Source: an uncultured Clostridia bacterium (GTDB lineage Bacteria; Bacillota; Clostridia; Christensenellales; UBA1242). From it: a stretch of 26,275 bases of DNA. The stretch spans positions 1 to 26,275 of the forward strand of contig CAJOPQ010000067.1 of assembly GCA_905236445.1 (NCBI GenBank). Direction: 5' to 3'. Position 1 is the stretch's first letter. The number at the start of each line of letters is the position of its first letter. A program made the translations under genes and the position numbers. The notes beneath the pieces are model-generated. The model searched no databases, was not told the origin of the DNA, and saw only the letters and a program-made list of their open reading frames with translations. This document shows, in pieces, positions 24,212 through 26,275 of the stretch.

Positions 24212-25258
24212 CTATACTGTAACTCCATTAATTGTCATTATAACCAAGAATGCAATATAGAGAATATATATAGCGAGCAAAGAAATTCCTTGCCAACGAT
24301 AAGTCCTTTGTTTGATAGACATTGGAATAATAAATATGCATGAAGTAACAAATGCTACTGGTAGACTAACAACGAGTGTCCAGAAAGTAATAGGTAGTCC
24401 GTTTACGCCAGACACACAAGAACTTAGTCCTATAATAAGTGTAATATTAAGAATATTTGCTCCTATAATGTTACCATAACCAAGTGTGCTATTTTTCTTT
24501 CTTAAAGACGTAATTGTTGTTACTAGTTCTGGCAACGATGTGCCGATAGCCACAATAGTAAGGCCAATAACAGCCTCGCTAATATTAAGGCTTTTAGCAA
24601 TTGCTGTGGCACTTTCTACAAGGCCGTATGCACCAAGTGCAACCATGGCAGCACCAATTATAAATATGAGAATAAGCTTGGTGTAACTATCTTTTATAGT
24701 ATTTTTCTCTTCTTCTTTGACATTTTCTTCTAACGTATGATGTTTCTCGTAATCGTTCTCATAATAAATTTTGTCTTTAATCTCTTTTTTTGCGTCTGTT
24801 ATGTTGCTATACATGAATACACCACACAGAATCAAAAATATAATTCCTTCAAACATATTGACTTGACCGTTGACTTGACCGTTTTCTATTCCTACACAAA
24901 ATACTGCCATTAGCGCAAGTGTGAATATAAGTAAGTAACTTTTGAAACTAGAAGTCTTGTTCTTGATTATTATCGGTGCGAATGCTAAGGATATTGCGCA
25001 AACCAAAGCAGTATTGCATATGACGCTTCCGATGGCGTTGCCTACTGCAAGATCAAATGAGCCTTGTGCTGATGCAATAATACTAACAATAAGTTCTGGC
25101 AATGTTGTTGCAATAGATACAATTGTTGCACCAACTATAATTGGTGGGATTTTGCTCTTTGTCGCTATTTTGATAGAAGAATCAACAAAGATGTCTCCAC
25201 CTTTAATCACAAAGATGAGTGCTACAATGAAAATTGGAATTGAAATATATAATGCCAT
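24212..25258 (-). CDS. yrbG: Calcium/sodium antiporter (CaCA family, YrbG-like)
   Basis: Two alpha-repeats: GATIVSIATTLPEL...GNAIGSVICN and GLTIVAIGTSLPEL...GNIIGANILN, with a charged central loop. Confidence 0.9.
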   Translation of the reverse strand: MALYISIPIFIVALIFVIKGGDIFVDSSIKIATKSKIPPIIVGATIVSIATTLPELIVSIIASAQGSFDLAVGNAIGSVICNTALVCAISLAFAPIIIKNKTSSFKSYLLIFTLALMAVFCVGIENGQVNGQVNMFEGIIFLILCGVFMYSNITDAKKEIKDKIYYENDYEKHHTLEENVKEEEKNTIKDSYTKLILIFIIGAAMVALGAYGLVESATAIAKSLNISEAVIGLTIVAIGTSLPELVTTITSLRKKNSTLGYGNIIGANILNITLIIGLSSCVSGVNGLPITFWTLVVSLPVAFVTSCIFIIPMSIKQRTYRWQGISLLAIYILYIAFLVIMTINGVTV

Positions 25259-25269
25259 ATTTGTCTCCT

Positions 25270-25857
25270 TTAGTTGTTAGAAATTGTTTCGTCTAGATAA
25301 GTTGCTTGCATATCTGATATGTGAAAAATAAAAGCAGTAGGGAAGGTGTAGAAGGCTGGTCCAAGTGAATAACTGCCACCTTTGATACGATTGTCCATAG
25401 CGCCCATGTGCCAATTGATAGCCATTGCTTCTTCTCTAGTTAGTTTCATGAATCCACTTATAATATATACAGATTTTTCTCCATGACCATATGGAAGTGT
25501 ATCAACAACACTATAGAATGGTTTCTGCTCCCAGACACCATCAACTTTTACATTTCTGTAGTCAATTTTGTAGAAGTCTACCTTGCAAATATCATGAAGC
25601 AGAGCTATTATTGTTGCACTTTCTAGACTAATAGTGTCCTGCCAATTGTCACCATATTCGTTCTGCAAATTTGCAATAAATCTATGATAGACTTTGATAC
25701 TATGATCTACAAGTCCACCTTCGTAGTTGGAGTGAAATTTGCTACTTGCTGGTGCTGTAAAGAAATCTGACGAAGTCAAGTAGTTAAGGAGAGCATCGCT
25801 TCCTGCTCTAGTAATATTGGATTTGTAAATCTCTATGAATTCTTCTTTTGATGTCAT
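25270..25857 (-). CDS. HD domain-containing metal-dependent phosphohydrolase
   Basis: FFTAPASSKFH...GGLVDHS, LLHDICK, GHGEKS, AINWHMG, HISD: HD-superfamily H...HD...H...D arrangement. Confidence 0.88.
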   Translation of the reverse strand: MTSKEEFIEIYKSNITRAGSDALLNYLTSSDFFTAPASSKFHSNYEGGLVDHSIKVYHRFIANLQNEYGDNWQDTISLESATIIALLHDICKVDFYKIDYRNVKVDGVWEQKPFYSVVDTLPYGHGEKSVYIISGFMKLTREEAMAINWHMGAMDNRIKGGSYSLGPAFYTFPTAFIFHISDMQATYLDETISNN

Positions 25858-26022
25858 GACTATATTCCCTTATAATTGTTAACAAATATTTCTATTGGTT
25901 ATTCTAGCACATATTAACATTTTTGCAAAAATTTTTTTCACACTATTTCTTAACAAAGCGTAACAATTTATATTTATAGTCTGTATTAGAATAATTAATT
26001 GCTTAGGCAAATAAAATATTGT

Positions 26023-26275
26023 ATGAGTCTTAGTATTATATTTTCATTTGTGGCAGGTGTTGTAGGCACCGGAATAGGTGGCATAATTGGAGCACTGTTC
26101 GGCAGTAAAAATAATAAATTGGTCAGTGGTGTAATGGGTGCTGCAGGAGGAATAATGCTCGCTGTAGTTTTCTTTGACCTAATTCCTCAATCAATGGAAA
26201 TAACCAATGACAATATGATAGTTTTGTTTGGCATATTGTGGGGAATAGCTATTATGACTATGTTAAATATAATAG
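26023..26275 (+). CDS. ZIP family (ZupT/GufA-like) metal transporter, 5' part truncated by the window end; missing from the ORF track
   Basis: MSLSIIFSFVAGVVGTGIGGIIGALFG...VMGAAGGIMLAVVFFDLIPQSME matches the ZIP N-terminal pattern GTGLGG...AAGvMLa..ffdLiPea. Frame is open to the window end. Confidence 0.85.
   Translation, partial: MSLSIIFSFVAGVVGTGIGGIIGALFGSKNNKLVSGVMGAAGGIMLAVVFFDLIPQSMEITNDNMIVLFGILWGIAIMTMLNII

Noticed and set aside
842-25280. Numerous short ORF-track entries antisense to or nested in real genes (e.g. 842-1252, 4050-4454, 13658-14119, 14386-14676, 15007-15423, 20845-21165, 24942-25280)
   Set aside because: They are shadow frames of well-supported genes, with no SD or recognisable motifs.
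19896-25857. Prophage or integrative element
   Set aside because: Despite ORFans and an HD protein, there is no integrase, terminase, structural, relaxase or transposase gene, and no att-like flanking direct repeats were seen.
1-26275. Stop-codon reassignment or programmed frameshifting
   Set aside because: Recognisable genes are full length in code 11. TAA, TAG and TGA all terminate genes at expected positions, Trp is TGG, and no split conserved gene was seen.

Overview
A low-GC (roughly 30%), standard-code bacterial chromosome segment. It is most consistent with an uncultured Clostridia-type Bacillota (inference from the Firmicute-type L10 leader, twin L1-binding motifs, DivIVA-domain protein, DUF1540 and lipoprotein style). 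The housekeeping backbone is rplJ-rplL, a stand-alone rplI, metK under a SAM riboswitch, lgt, and rpmG-secE-nusG-rplK-rplA. The rpmG gene and a partial ZIP transporter are absent from the ORF track. The rplJL pair lies about 12 kb upstream of rplK-rplA instead of following it. Accessory genes include a MacB-like ABC ATPase-permease fusion whose hydrolysis motifs are degenerate, a Bacteroides-type serine palmitoyltransferase-like enzyme, a 3-TM protein with a long coiled-coil tail resembling ZorA/MotA but lacking a ZorB partner, two surface lipoproteins, three ORFans, a SHOCT membrane protein, a Ca/Na antiporter and an HD-domain hydrolase. Non-coding highlights are a compact SAM-I-class riboswitch lacking P4 with a clear antiterminator, and an intergenic cluster of GTAG-tagged palindromic (REP-like) repeats. 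No rRNA, tRNA, CRISPR array, integrase or transposase was seen. All family assignments come from motif recognition by eye; no searches were run.
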